Source of the DNA: Candidatus Pacearchaeota archaeon | Lineage (GTDB): Archaea > Nanobdellota > Nanobdellia > Pacearchaeales > GW2011-AR1 | Assembly (NCBI GenBank): GCA_018221285.1 | Contig: JAAOYJ010000024.1 | Coordinates: 13,156 to 77,155 of the forward strand | Reading direction: 5' to 3' | DNA: 64,000 nt | In this document: piece after piece, positions 26,803 to 36,171 of the stretch | Position numbering within the stretch: the stretch's first letter is position 1 | Layout: each line of letters starts with the position of its first letter | Position numbers and translations under genes: made by a program | Notes under the pieces: generated by a model | Databases searched by the model: none | What the model was told of the DNA's origin: nothing | The model's input: the letters and a program-made list of their open reading frames with translations, nothing else

Positions 26803-28515
26803 TCAACCAAATCTCCAATTCCTCTTCTGATTCTTGAAGGCTTCTTCGATTTCTTTGGGGTCTGCGATTTCTTTAAGAGGTTTGTCTGGTCGAAGGGCTG
26901 TGAATCTTGGGAATCTCAAAGCCCAACCTGATTTGTAGTTTGGAGAACGTTGGACTTCTTGGTATGTTACTGATACAACTATTTTTGGTTTTATCTTTGC
27001 TATTTTTCCTTTCTCACTTGTGATTAAAGGTGTTAGGAGTTTTGTTAGAGAATCAAAAGTTATTTCATTATCTTTTTCTGCAATCCCTGTTCCGACTTTT
27101 CCAATCTCAAAATATTCGTCCTTCTTTTTCCCTCTGCATGAAAGAATGAAACTTGAAAGCCATCCACTTCTTTTTCCGGTTCCATATTCTGCGCCTGTGA
27201 TTACTAAATCTAAATCTCTTTCTTCAGGTTTCATCTTTACCATGTTTCCGACTCTTCTGCCAGGCCTATAATCTGATTTAAGATTCTTCATCATAACCCC
27301 TTCTTGATTATCTGCGAGGGCTTTCTTATAGAACTTGTCAGCTTTCTTTTCGTCGTCGGTTATAAGTTGTTTAGAAGCAAGGATCTTGTATTTTTTCTCT
27401 GTAAGAATTTTCCTTAGGAGTTTGCTTCGTTCTTCAAATGGTTTTTCTAGAAGGGATTTCCCATTGTAGTACAGGATGTCAAAGACATTAACTTCAACAG
27501 GTAGTTTTTCTTGGAGTTTTTCTATGTCGTACTTTCGCCTGATTCTCTGGCTTATTGCTTGGAAGTCTGTGTATTCTTTTGTTTTTTTATCAAATCCGAC
27601 TGTTTCTGAATCAAGGATGAATGAATTTCCTTTAACATGTTTTAGAATACATTCAACGACTTCAGGGAATTGTTTTGTAACGTTTTCTAACATCCTTGTG
27701 AATAGGAAAACTTCCTTTCCTTTTTTGTGAATTATCAATCTGAATCCATCATATTTGTATTCAACTGCACACGGAGAACCGACTTTTTCAAAACCTTCTT
27801 TGAAGCTTGTCGCTTTTTGAGCGAGCATTGCCTTGATTGGCTTGCCAATTTCCAAAGAGACTTTCTCTAACCCTTTCAGTTTACCTTTTCTTGCAATATC
27901 AAAAACTATTGCCAAATCATTTGCCTTATCTATTGCCTTCTGGATGGCCTCAGAAGCTTGTTTATCTCTATCAAAGAATGCTGCTGACATTGATTCCCTA
28001 ATTGTTCCTTCCTGCACACCAATCCTCAAGTCTCCAATTACAGTTCTTGTTAGATATTGGGCTTCGATTGGAGAAGCAGAAGTCATGAGTTCTGTTATTA
28101 ATGCTAGTTTTTTATTTACGGTTCCTTTTCCTACAAGCTCTGGAAGCTTCCTTAAATTCTCAATAACCTTCTCTGTTGTAAGGATATATGAATGAAGTGT
28201 GGATTGCTTTTTATTTTGAAAGAGTTTTTTAGCAACTTCTCCTAAATCCCCAATTGTCTTCCATTCTTTAGTAACCTTGTCAGGACTTATCCCTGTTGCC
28301 TTTGAAATTGCTTTAATCGCAAGCTGATTACTTATGCCAATTTTTCTATCATCATATTCTGGATAAATCATTCCCTCAAGAAGATACATGACATCTCTGT
28401 CCTCCTTTGGAAGAAACTTTAGAAATTTAGAAAGGATCTCAATCTTCTCAAGTCGCTTAGTTGTTGAGGATAAGTCTTCATAGAGTTGAGCTAGTTTTTT
28501 GTATTGCAAGTTCAA
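26803..28515 (-). CDS. lig: ATP-dependent DNA ligase
   Basis: Adenylation motif EYKYDGFR (KxDG), DSETV, the EGVMMK and LVITGAEYGTGKRSG motifs. The apparent start is TTG. Confidence 0.95.
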   Translation of the reverse strand: MNLQYKKLAQLYEDLSSTTKRLEKIEILSKFLKFLPKEDRDVMYLLEGMIYPEYDDRKIGISNQLAIKAISKATGISPDKVTKEWKTIGDLGEVAKKLFQNKKQSTLHSYILTTEKVIENLRKLPELVGKGTVNKKLALITELMTSASPIEAQYLTRTVIGDLRIGVQEGTIRESMSAAFFDRDKQASEAIQKAIDKANDLAIVFDIARKGKLKGLEKVSLEIGKPIKAMLAQKATSFKEGFEKVGSPCAVEYKYDGFRLIIHKKGKEVFLFTRMLENVTKQFPEVVECILKHVKGNSFILDSETVGFDKKTKEYTDFQAISQRIRRKYDIEKLQEKLPVEVNVFDILYYNGKSLLEKPFEERSKLLRKILTEKKYKILASKQLITDDEKKADKFYKKALADNQEGVMMKNLKSDYRPGRRVGNMVKMKPEERDLDLVITGAEYGTGKRSGWLSSFILSCRGKKKDEYFEIGKVGTGIAEKDNEITFDSLTKLLTPLITSEKGKIAKIKPKIVVSVTYQEVQRSPNYKSGWALRFPRFTALRPDKPLKEIADPKEIEEAFKNQKRNWRFG

Positions 28516-28597
28516 TCACCTCGAGGATAAGAAGGAAAAGATGTTTTTAAAATTGCTGCTTAGAAAGATTTAAATTATTCAACGGATTGATTATATT

Positions 28598-28765
28598 ATG
28601 AAGGATGTTGAAGCCAAGGTAGAAGAAGGGAGATTGGTTGTTCTTAATGAAAGACTATATTATATAATAGAAAGAGGAAACGGCAGGATTAGTGAACTAA
28701 TTTGTGAAAATGGGAAATGTGTAAGGGGAAAAAAGCATAAAAGAAGTTATTTTTTATCTGAATGA
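28598..28765 (+). CDS. possible small ORF (55 aa)
   Basis: Hand-translated as MKDVEAKVEEGRLVVLNERLYYIIERGNGRISELICENGKCVRGKKHKRSYFLSE. Fills an otherwise empty gap of about 250 nt. Confidence 0.2.
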   Translation: MKDVEAKVEEGRLVVLNERLYYIIERGNGRISELICENGKCVRGKKHKRSYFLSE

Positions 28766-28768
28766 TTA

Positions 28769-29143
28769 CTACTCACTTTTCCACAATCCATGCAAATTAC
28801 AATAGGCTCTTGCTTTGACATCTCTCTTGACAGGGAAGCTGGCTTCGGGTTTGTCGCCTGGTTTTAGGAACTTTTTTGATTCTCCCTTGTCTGTTGAGAT
28901 TTCAATCCATTCAATATAATGGTCGTCATCCATTGGGTGAGGATCTGAACCTACTTTGATAATTACTCCTTGTTCATCATTCTCAATTATTGGAACATGT
29001 TTTTCTTGAGAAGCATCTACTGTGTTTTCGCTTTGAAGTTTCATTGGTTGTCCGCAGCAGATAAGTTCTCCTTGTCCTGTGTGTAGAACTTCAACTATGT
29101 TTCCGCATACTTCGCATTTGTAGATTTGTTGGAGGTTTGTCAT
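28769..29143 (-). CDS. dfx: desulfoferrodoxin (2Fe superoxide reductase)
   Basis: Desulforedoxin-like YKCEVCGNIVEVLHTGQGELICCGQPM plus a C-terminal SOR domain with EKHVP...H...CNLHGLW. Confidence 0.85.
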   Translation of the reverse strand: MTNLQQIYKCEVCGNIVEVLHTGQGELICCGQPMKLQSENTVDASQEKHVPIIENDEQGVIIKVGSDPHPMDDDHYIEWIEISTDKGESKKFLKPGDKPEASFPVKRDVKARAYCNLHGLWKSE

Positions 29144-29364
29144 TTTTTATTCTTTTTGATATTATCTTTTATCAAGTAAATTCCCCCGATTAACATAAAG
29201 ATTACAAACAACCATGCAGGCATAAATCCATAACTTTGTAAATAAGCCTGTTCAAATCCAAAGTATCTCCATTCATTTATTAAATTAATCAATGAAAAAA
29301 TTCCTCCTAATGTTGCTACTATTCCTATAATTAAGTTGGTTGTGTTTCTTCTTTGTATTGTCAT
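29140..29364 (-). CDS. small two-TM membrane protein (74 aa)
   Basis: Two hydrophobic helices. ATGA overlap with dfx, and lies 7 nt downstream of rubrerythrin. Confidence 0.4.
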   Translation of the reverse strand: MTIQRRNTTNLIIGIVATLGGIFSLINLINEWRYFGFEQAYLQSYGFMPAWLFVIFMLIGGIYLIKDNIKKNKK

Positions 29365-29370
29365 TTTAAA

Positions 29371-29895
29371 TTATAATTCACAGAAATCCTCTGGTTCGAA
29401 ATATTCCCTTTCGTGTTTGCAAACAGGGCAAATCCCTGGAGGTTCTGTTCCTTCTCTAATATAACCGCACTTAGAACATTTCCATCTAATTGCTTTGTCT
29501 CTCTTATACACAGTTCCTTTCTCAACCATTTCCAATAGTTTCTTATACCTCTCTTCATGGTGCTCTTCAACTTCAGCTATTTCTTTAAATAACTTGGCAG
29601 CCTCGGCATTTCCTTCTTCTTCAGCATCTTTTTGCATTTGAGGATACATTTCAGAATGTTCATGATGTTCTCCTTTAATCGCTTCTTTTAAGTTTTCTTT
29701 AGTATCTCCAATTCCTTTTAGAAGTTTAAATTCTTCTTTTGCATGTTGCATTTCATTCAAGGCTGTTTCTTCAAAAATCTTGGCGATGTAATGATAACCT
29801 TGTTTCTGCGCGACCTTTGCAAAATAAGTATATTTGTTCCTTGCCTGACTTTCGCCTGCAAATGCTTTTAATAAGTTATCCTCTGTTTTGGTCAT
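29371..29895 (-). CDS. rbr: rubrerythrin
   Basis: Di-iron E-x-x-H helices (ESQARNKY, NEMQHAKEE, EHHEHSEMY, EVEEHHEERY) and a C-terminal rubredoxin CSKCG...CPVC. ATG 29895 preferred over TTG 29913. Confidence 0.9.
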   Translation of the reverse strand: MTKTEDNLLKAFAGESQARNKYTYFAKVAQKQGYHYIAKIFEETALNEMQHAKEEFKLLKGIGDTKENLKEAIKGEHHEHSEMYPQMQKDAEEEGNAEAAKLFKEIAEVEEHHEERYKKLLEMVEKGTVYKRDKAIRWKCSKCGYIREGTEPPGICPVCKHEREYFEPEDFCEL

Positions 29896-29982
29896 TTTGT
29901 TAAAAATGGGCAAATGAAAATCTTTGATTTACTTTTTGACATGTTTAGAAAATGGTTGAGATGGTTTAAATAAGTTTTGGGA

Positions 29983-30252
29983 TTATTTTTTAAATTTTTG
30001 AATGATAAAATACGCTCCCCAAGAAAATATTAATGAAGGAATTAAAAGGAATAATGCTCCTCCAAATCCTCCTATCAACCCTGATTGAAAATAAGGACAA
30101 CTACAAATATCTCTTATTCCTGTTTCAGGATTGAAAGGGCAATCACACATTAATCCTGAATATCCCCAATAAAATCCAATTATGAAACTCAATAAAATAA
30201 ATATTATAAAAGGCATCCAAAATGATTTGGATTTGAAAATTTTTAATACCAT
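29983..30252 (-). CDS. small membrane protein (89 aa) with a CDCP...CSCP motif
   Basis: Two TM helices flank a Cys-rich loop. Confidence 0.4.
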   Translation of the reverse strand: MVLKIFKSKSFWMPFIIFILLSFIIGFYWGYSGLMCDCPFNPETGIRDICSCPYFQSGLIGGFGGALFLLIPSLIFSWGAYFIIQKFKK

Positions 30253-30312
30253 ATTTGTTCTACAAAGTAAAAGACTATATAAATCTTATCAAAACCAGAT
30301 ATTTTTAAGAAA

Positions 30313-30906
30313 CTACTTCCCCTTCCGACCGCCAGCTCGAACTGATGGTCGAGATTTGTTAGCAGGATGTTTGCTTCGAAGTCCTCTGGACTTTTTCCCT
30401 GCGGAGGTTATTCCCCTCATTGTTCTTTTCTGGTTGACTTTCTTTGTTATCCAATTTATTGTCCTATCGTTTTTGATTTCTGGTTTACTTGGGTCAACAC
30501 AAATCACTTCATAGAAATAATGAACTCCGTCTTTTCCAATTAAATACGAGTTTAGGACTGTCAGGTTTTTGTATTTTCTCTCGACTCTTTGTTCTGCAAT
30601 CCATTTGTAAGACATCTTCAAGTTCTTTCTTGCATGAAGTCTCTTACTTCTTCTTCCCTTGTTCGGTCTTGGTCTTTTATGCCCTCCTCGTTTAAGTCTT
30701 ATCCTAATCATCACGAAACCTTTCTTATCTTTATATCCAAGTGCCCGTGCTCTGTCAAGCCTAAGAGGTTTATCAACTTTAACTTGTGCCTCAGATTTTC
30801 TCCATTCAATCATCCTTTCTCTAAGAGTTTTTTTATCAGGCTTTTTCCAAGCTTGTCTTAGATAATGATATAATCCTTTTACAGATTTATTTTCTTGTTT
30901 AGTCAT
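30313..30906 (-). CDS. rpl15e: 50S ribosomal protein L15e
   Basis: YHYLRQAWKKP N-terminus and a highly basic sequence typical of L15e. Confidence 0.9.
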   Translation of the reverse strand: MTKQENKSVKGLYHYLRQAWKKPDKKTLRERMIEWRKSEAQVKVDKPLRLDRARALGYKDKKGFVMIRIRLKRGGHKRPRPNKGRRSKRLHARKNLKMSYKWIAEQRVERKYKNLTVLNSYLIGKDGVHYFYEVICVDPSKPEIKNDRTINWITKKVNQKRTMRGITSAGKKSRGLRSKHPANKSRPSVRAGGRKGK

Positions 30907-30955
30907 GTGATACTGAGAAAAAATTTATTTTTAAAGGTTGGGGTTATTCACAAAA

Positions 30956-30965
30956 CTTATAAATA
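30956..30965 (+). promoter_or_regulatory. TATA-like box CTTATAAATA for tRNA-Ile
   Basis: Centred about 28 nt upstream of the tRNA 5' end. Confidence 0.45.
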
Positions 30966-30988
30966 ACCTATTCGCCCTAAATCTATAT

Positions 30989-31098
30989 GAGCCTGTAGCT
31001 CAGCCTGGTTAGAGCACTACTCTGATAATGGCCTAATCTTTAATTAGAATTGGGTATTGGTGAGGTAGGGGTCCACGGTTCAAATCCGTGCAGGCTCA
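30989..31098 (+). tRNA. tRNA-Ile (GAT) with an intron of about 36 nt in the anticodon loop
   Basis: Manual fold: acceptor GAGCCTG/CAGGCTC (perfect), D-arm GCTC-AGCCTGGTTA-GAGC, anticodon stem CTACT/GGTAG, loop CTGATAA, T-arm CACGG-TTCAAAT-CCGTG. Confidence 0.85.
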
Positions 31099-31162
31099 TA
31101 TAAACTGAATAGCACGTATATCAAAACTTTGTTTCGATGATGTGTGGGTTCATAATATTAAA

Positions 31163-32023
31163 ATGATTGATTTACATATACACACGACTGCTTCTGATGG
31201 ATCGCTTTCTCCTAAAGAAGTTATAGACAAAGCTATTGAAAAAGGCATAACTTGTTTGGCTATCACAGATCACGATACTATTGATGGGCTTAGGGAAGCT
31301 GTTGAATATGCGAAACAAAAAGACTTTGATCTTATCCTAGGGGTAGAAATTGGTTATGACGATTTTGAATCTGACATATCAGATATTCATATTATTGGTC
31401 TGGGAGTTGATTTTTTGAATAAAGAACTAATTGATGCGTGTGAGGAATTAAAGAAGAATCGTGTTTTACAAAAGAAGGAAATGGTGGGTAAATTAAACAA
31501 ACTTGGATACGAAATAACTTTTGAAGAAGTCCTGAAAGAAACAACTGGGACGAGTATTGGGAGGCCCCATATTGCAAGAGTCCTTATTAAGAAATATCCT
31601 GGCGAGTTCCAAGATATTCATGAGACTTTTGTAAAGTTATTGGATTCTGGAAAAAAAGCCTTTGTTTCTCAAAAGAAGTTTTCTCTCCAAAAAGTTATTC
31701 AACTAATCAATGATGCTGGAGGAATAACTATTCTAGCACATCCAGGATTATGCGAAAATGATGATGAAATAATAGAAAAATTTATTGCTGCAGGAGGGGA
31801 AGGAATTGAGATTAATTATCCTTATGAGAGATTAGGAAAAGATGAAAGATTAAATAATAAATATTTGAAGATTGCGGAGGAAAATGGCCTCCTTATTTCA
31901 GGTGGGAGTGATTTTCATAGTGATCAGGAATCCACAGAAATTGGAAGCTATGGTATCACAAAGGAACAATTTGAGGTCTTGAAGAAGAGGTTAATTGTTC
32001 AGGCCTCTCCCAATAAAATTTAA
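31163..32023 (+). CDS. PHP-domain phosphoesterase (TrpH/YciV-like)
   Basis: IDLHIHTTASDGSLSP, AITDHDT, LAHP and GGSDFH motifs. Confidence 0.8.
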   Translation: MIDLHIHTTASDGSLSPKEVIDKAIEKGITCLAITDHDTIDGLREAVEYAKQKDFDLILGVEIGYDDFESDISDIHIIGLGVDFLNKELIDACEELKKNRVLQKKEMVGKLNKLGYEITFEEVLKETTGTSIGRPHIARVLIKKYPGEFQDIHETFVKLLDSGKKAFVSQKKFSLQKVIQLINDAGGITILAHPGLCENDDEIIEKFIAAGGEGIEINYPYERLGKDERLNNKYLKIAEENGLLISGGSDFHSDQESTEIGSYGITKEQFEVLKKRLIVQASPNKI

Positions 32024-32047
32024 AAGAAGGGTTTTCCTGTAAGGTAT

Positions 32048-33997
32048 ATGAAAAGGGGCTTACTTGTTTTGTTATTGATAATTTTTTTGGGAATGCAATT
32101 TGTTATTTCTGATGGTTTGACAAGAGAAGTTTGTACTGATGTTCCTGGAGAAATATTGGAGTGTACAAAAACAAAGCAAGGTTGTGTATATGATTTTGAT
32201 GATGAATGTGATGGGTGGAGTAGAGGGCAAAGAACAGGAGATTGTGGGGGCTGGTTTGAATTCAAAGAGAGTTATATTTGTTTTGATGATTGGCAAAGTA
32301 GTTGTATATCAAATCCAACTTGTCCTGCAGGCTATTCTCAAGTAAGTTCTAGAGATTGTTCTGAAGAAGTTTGTGTTGAAGAGCCGATAGTGGTGGAAAT
32401 TCCTCCTGTTGATGAACCTTCCCTGCCAGAAATTGTTAATGATACGCCTGATGATCCAGATATTCCTGAAGAAAATAATACTGAAGAAGAACCTTTAGAT
32501 AATTCTAATAGATGGGGTGTTGAAATCCATCCTGTTGAAGATCCTCCATCACCAGAAGTTGTTAATGATTCTGAGGGCAATGAAATCAATCCTGTTGAAG
32601 AATCTCCTCCGCAGATTGTTTCTCAGGAAGAATTAGATGAATTCAAGATTAATTCAACTAATGATTCTGTTTCAGATGTTATTAGAGGGAATGGTCCACG
32701 GACAATTACTCAAGTAACTACTACTCCTGTTGAAGGAGGAGCTGAAATTTATGAGGTTAAAAGTGTACAAGAAGTTGAGACAGACAACGGTGTAATAAGT
32801 GTGGAGGTTACTGATGAAGTTGATTCTGAAAGTGGGGAGGTGACGGGTGTTGATAGAGTGATTAGGAGAGGGGATGTTGAGTTTAAAGAGGATGATAATG
32901 AAGTTATTTTTCTTCAGGATGGGGTGTTGGTAAAAGTTAGTGGAGTGGATGATAAGGAAGTTAAAATAGACAAAATGATGTCAAATTCTGTGCATCCATT
33001 AGTAACTCTTGAAAAGATTGTTATTCCAGGAGTTGTAAAAGGGGAGTGGGTCTTATTAAAAGTTAGGAAAGAGAGTTATTTTCCTGATTATGAGATTATC
33101 TTTGAGGCAGAGGATTATATTATTATTATTGTTAAAACAGATGATTTAGAGAGTTTGATTAATAATAGTGATGTTCTAAAGATTTCTGATGAAGAGAGTA
33201 AAGAAGCGTTTATTGAATATGAGGCGAAAGTTTTGCAGGAAGAGGCAGAGAAGATGATTGAAAAACAAGAACTTGAAAAGAGTTCATATGGTGTTGAGGA
33301 TATTGATAAGTTAGAAGAATATTTGGAAGCAGATGAGTGGGAGGTTCAGGAGGGTCATGAGTCTTATTATCAGCAATTTGTAACGCCAGATGAAGTTAAG
33401 GATTATATTGAAGATTTAAATGAAAAAGAATTGTATGAAAAGGTTACCTCTTTTGTTTGGATGCCTGATAAGGAATTGCATGGAATTCCTGAAAAATGGA
33501 TGACACCAGTAGAATTTTTAGAAGATTCCCAGAATTTGGATACTAACCCCTTAGGAGAGATTGCAAGTGATTGTTCAGAACAGGCGAATACACTTGTGTC
33601 TATGTTGAGGGCTTCAGGGGTTTCAGCAAAGGATGTGCGTGTTGTTCTGGGCAAGGTTAATTTTTCAGATGTTGTTGGAGGTCATGCGTGGGTAGAAATA
33701 AAGGAAGGTGATAAATGGATGGTTTTAGATCCGAGTCTTGGCCCTTTTTATGACGAGTATTTCAATATAAAATTAGAAAGAGACCCAATTAAGTATAATT
33801 ATTGGAAGTATCATGAGTATCCTTCTGTGGAAATTTGGATGTATTATAATGATGTATATTTCACTGACGAAGAAGCTGAGGTTGCAGAGGGTTGGTCGAA
33901 GAAAGCAGAAACAGCTTTGAGAAGTTCTATTTTTGAAAGTTTTGATAGGGGGATGTTTGCAAATTTTATTAAGTGGTTAAAGAATCTTTTTAGTTAA
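32048..33997 (+). CDS. secreted/anchored large protein with acidic repeats and a C-terminal transglutaminase-like cysteine protease domain
   Basis: N-terminal signal/anchor. Three imperfect repeats of about 20 aa (PPVDEPSLPEIVNDTPDD / HPVEDPPSPEVVNDSEGN / NPVEESPPQIV). C-terminal DCSEQANTLVSMLRASG...GGHAWVEI...LDPS supplies a Cys-His-Asp arrangement. Confidence 0.6.
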   Translation: MKRGLLVLLLIIFLGMQFVISDGLTREVCTDVPGEILECTKTKQGCVYDFDDECDGWSRGQRTGDCGGWFEFKESYICFDDWQSSCISNPTCPAGYSQVSSRDCSEEVCVEEPIVVEIPPVDEPSLPEIVNDTPDDPDIPEENNTEEEPLDNSNRWGVEIHPVEDPPSPEVVNDSEGNEINPVEESPPQIVSQEELDEFKINSTNDSVSDVIRGNGPRTITQVTTTPVEGGAEIYEVKSVQEVETDNGVISVEVTDEVDSESGEVTGVDRVIRRGDVEFKEDDNEVIFLQDGVLVKVSGVDDKEVKIDKMMSNSVHPLVTLEKIVIPGVVKGEWVLLKVRKESYFPDYEIIFEAEDYIIIIVKTDDLESLINNSDVLKISDEESKEAFIEYEAKVLQEEAEKMIEKQELEKSSYGVEDIDKLEEYLEADEWEVQEGHESYYQQFVTPDEVKDYIEDLNEKELYEKVTSFVWMPDKELHGIPEKWMTPVEFLEDSQNLDTNPLGEIASDCSEQANTLVSMLRASGVSAKDVRVVLGKVNFSDVVGGHAWVEIKEGDKWMVLDPSLGPFYDEYFNIKLERDPIKYNYWKYHEYPSVEIWMYYNDVYFTDEEAEVAEGWSKKAETALRSSIFESFDRGMFANFIKWLKNLFS

Positions 33998-34665
33998 TTC
34001 TTTGCTGCTAAATCGAGAACTATTTTTCCTTGTGAGAATTGATAGTTAACTATTGGAAGTCCGATTGGAATTATTTTGAAGTAAGCTTTGTTTTTTGCCA
34101 CAGCCTTGATTTCGATGCTGTTTTCAAGAGGAACAATTGAAACGTCTTTTACTGTTTTGACCCCAGGGATTTTAATTTCGTAACTGATTCTATCTGAAAG
34201 CCTTCTAACATTTGTTAAAGGTTCTTGTTGAGGCAGTTTTGAAAACCCTTTTAATTTTTCTTGTGGAAGTTTTAATGAAGGTGTTTTTTTGATTTGCTTC
34301 TGAACTTGATTTTGGTTAATTTGTTGAGAAGGCTGATTTAGAGGGATTCTTTGGCCGTTGATAAATAATTCCATATTTGTTTTTGGTTGGTCCTGTGAGT
34401 CTTTCATGCTTTTTTGCATTTCTTTTTCAATCATTTTCATTGCACTGTTGAACATTTTTCCAAACATTTTTCCACCAGCCCCTCTAAGAAGAGAATTAGT
34501 GAATTGTTCAAATTCATTTGCAGGAGCCATGAAATCGTTTTTCCCTAACATTCCAAAATCTTCATTTCTGGATTTTCCCTTTAGAGAACTTCCACAGCTA
34601 GGACAAAAATCATATTTGCTACTAATCTTCTTTCCGCATTTTTTGCAATCTTTTTTCTTAAACAT
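33994..34665 (-). CDS. zinc-ribbon protein with a C-terminal Hsp20/alpha-crystallin-like domain (tentative)
   Basis: CKKCGKK...CPSCG at the N-terminus. Beta-rich C-terminus ISYEIKIPGVKTVKDVSIVPLENSIEIKAV. Confidence 0.35.
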   Translation of the reverse strand: MFKKKDCKKCGKKISSKYDFCPSCGSSLKGKSRNEDFGMLGKNDFMAPANEFEQFTNSLLRGAGGKMFGKMFNSAMKMIEKEMQKSMKDSQDQPKTNMELFINGQRIPLNQPSQQINQNQVQKQIKKTPSLKLPQEKLKGFSKLPQQEPLTNVRRLSDRISYEIKIPGVKTVKDVSIVPLENSIEIKAVAKNKAYFKIIPIGLPIVNYQFSQGKIVLDLAAKN

Positions 34666-34705
34666 AGTTTATGGTAATTTGATTTTGTTTATAAGGTTTT
34701 TGGAG

Positions 34706-36088
34706 TTAATCTCTCAAATATTTCTGTATATGAATTATTTGATTGACTTCTTCGTGGATTGTTGGGGCGGCCCCTTTTAGAATGATTTCATTAAATGCTT
34801 GTGAAGATTTGAATTTTTTGGTTTTCCTTACTTCTCTCATTTTTGGAAGCCACCATAATGCAGCTATTGCTCTTGCAACACCCCCAATGATGAAGATTAA
34901 TAGTATTGGCTCAATGAAGTCAGTGTTTACGAATTTGATTAAAATTGCTCCTAAACCCGCACCGAAGAAAACTCCTAACCCCCAGAATAGGTTGTAATAA
35001 GATACGGCAAAACCTCGTTTTTGAGGACTGACATTATCATAGATGAAATTCTTTTCTGTTAAATGTAGTCCTGCCCATGCAAGGCCACTTATTGTTGAGG
35101 GGACTAGAATTAAGTAGATTGGATTTGTGTTTAAGATCCATAATATTGGGATTATTGTTATTAGTCCGGAAGCAATACAGAGAGTTATGTAGTTTCCATA
35201 TTTATCTGAAAACTTGCCCCATAATTCAAGGACAAGAAGAGATAAGGCTGTTCCTGCGAAAGTTATTATCATATAGATTGTATACGAAAACCCCAAATTT
35301 CTTAACAAATAAATTGCTAAGAGGGGACTTGAAATAGCGCAAGCAAAAGTGAAGAAGAATCTAAAGAGAGAGAATCTTCCAACATTGTTTTTGGGAGAGT
35401 TTATTAGAAAATCCCAGAAAGAAAAGTAAGACTCTTTTTTTAATTCTATTTTGGGTTCGTATTGTTTTTGGAAACTTCTCAAAGAGATTAACCTTGAAAT
35501 GAGGGCTAATGAAAACAAGATTATAAATCCAAACATGGTCCAGTTGTTTTTCTTGAAATAATCTAGGAAGATAGAAGCAAGAATTACTAATATAACAGAG
35601 ACAAAACCTGTTATTAAATTTCTTTTTGAAAACCATCGCCCTCTTTGTTTCTTATTTACAATATCTCCCATCCATGAGAACCATGCAGGATGTCCAATTC
35701 CTCCAAGTATTGAGTAAATCGCAAAGGATAATAAAAGTATGATTGGAAGTGTGCTGATTAGAATCCCCTTATAGAATAAAATTGCTATTGTTATGAAAGG
35801 GATCCACATTAATGCTTCAAGTGAAATTGTTTTGAGGAGGATTTTTTTCCGAGAATATTTTTCAGGAAGACGTGAGCCGAATACTTGGCTTAATGGTCCT
35901 AAGAGTCCAGCAATTGAAGTCAACATCGCGACCATTGAATTACTCGAATTAATCGCAATTGCAAAAGGAGAAACATAATGATGTCCGAATGAGTTTTTCG
36001 CTGTACAAAAGATACCTTCAGTTATGCTATGATTTCTTGCCTGATGTTTCAACTCCTTTATTTTTGGAGAGTCTTTTTTCTTCACCAT
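34706..36088 (-). CDS. MFS-type transporter
   Basis: About 12 predicted TM helices with inter-helix basic loops (KKQRGRWFSKRN) typical of MFS. Confidence 0.65.
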   Translation of the reverse strand: MVKKKDSPKIKELKHQARNHSITEGIFCTAKNSFGHHYVSPFAIAINSSNSMVAMLTSIAGLLGPLSQVFGSRLPEKYSRKKILLKTISLEALMWIPFITIAILFYKGILISTLPIILLLSFAIYSILGGIGHPAWFSWMGDIVNKKQRGRWFSKRNLITGFVSVILVILASIFLDYFKKNNWTMFGFIILFSLALISRLISLRSFQKQYEPKIELKKESYFSFWDFLINSPKNNVGRFSLFRFFFTFACAISSPLLAIYLLRNLGFSYTIYMIITFAGTALSLLVLELWGKFSDKYGNYITLCIASGLITIIPILWILNTNPIYLILVPSTISGLAWAGLHLTEKNFIYDNVSPQKRGFAVSYYNLFWGLGVFFGAGLGAILIKFVNTDFIEPILLIFIIGGVARAIAALWWLPKMREVRKTKKFKSSQAFNEIILKGAAPTIHEEVNQIIHIQKYLRD

Positions 36089-36171
36089 CTTTTATATAAT
36101 GAGAAGAGAAGATGGGTTAATAAATATTTTGAGAAGGTTAAGTTTTTATAGATTCTTTTTCTAGGGAAAAT

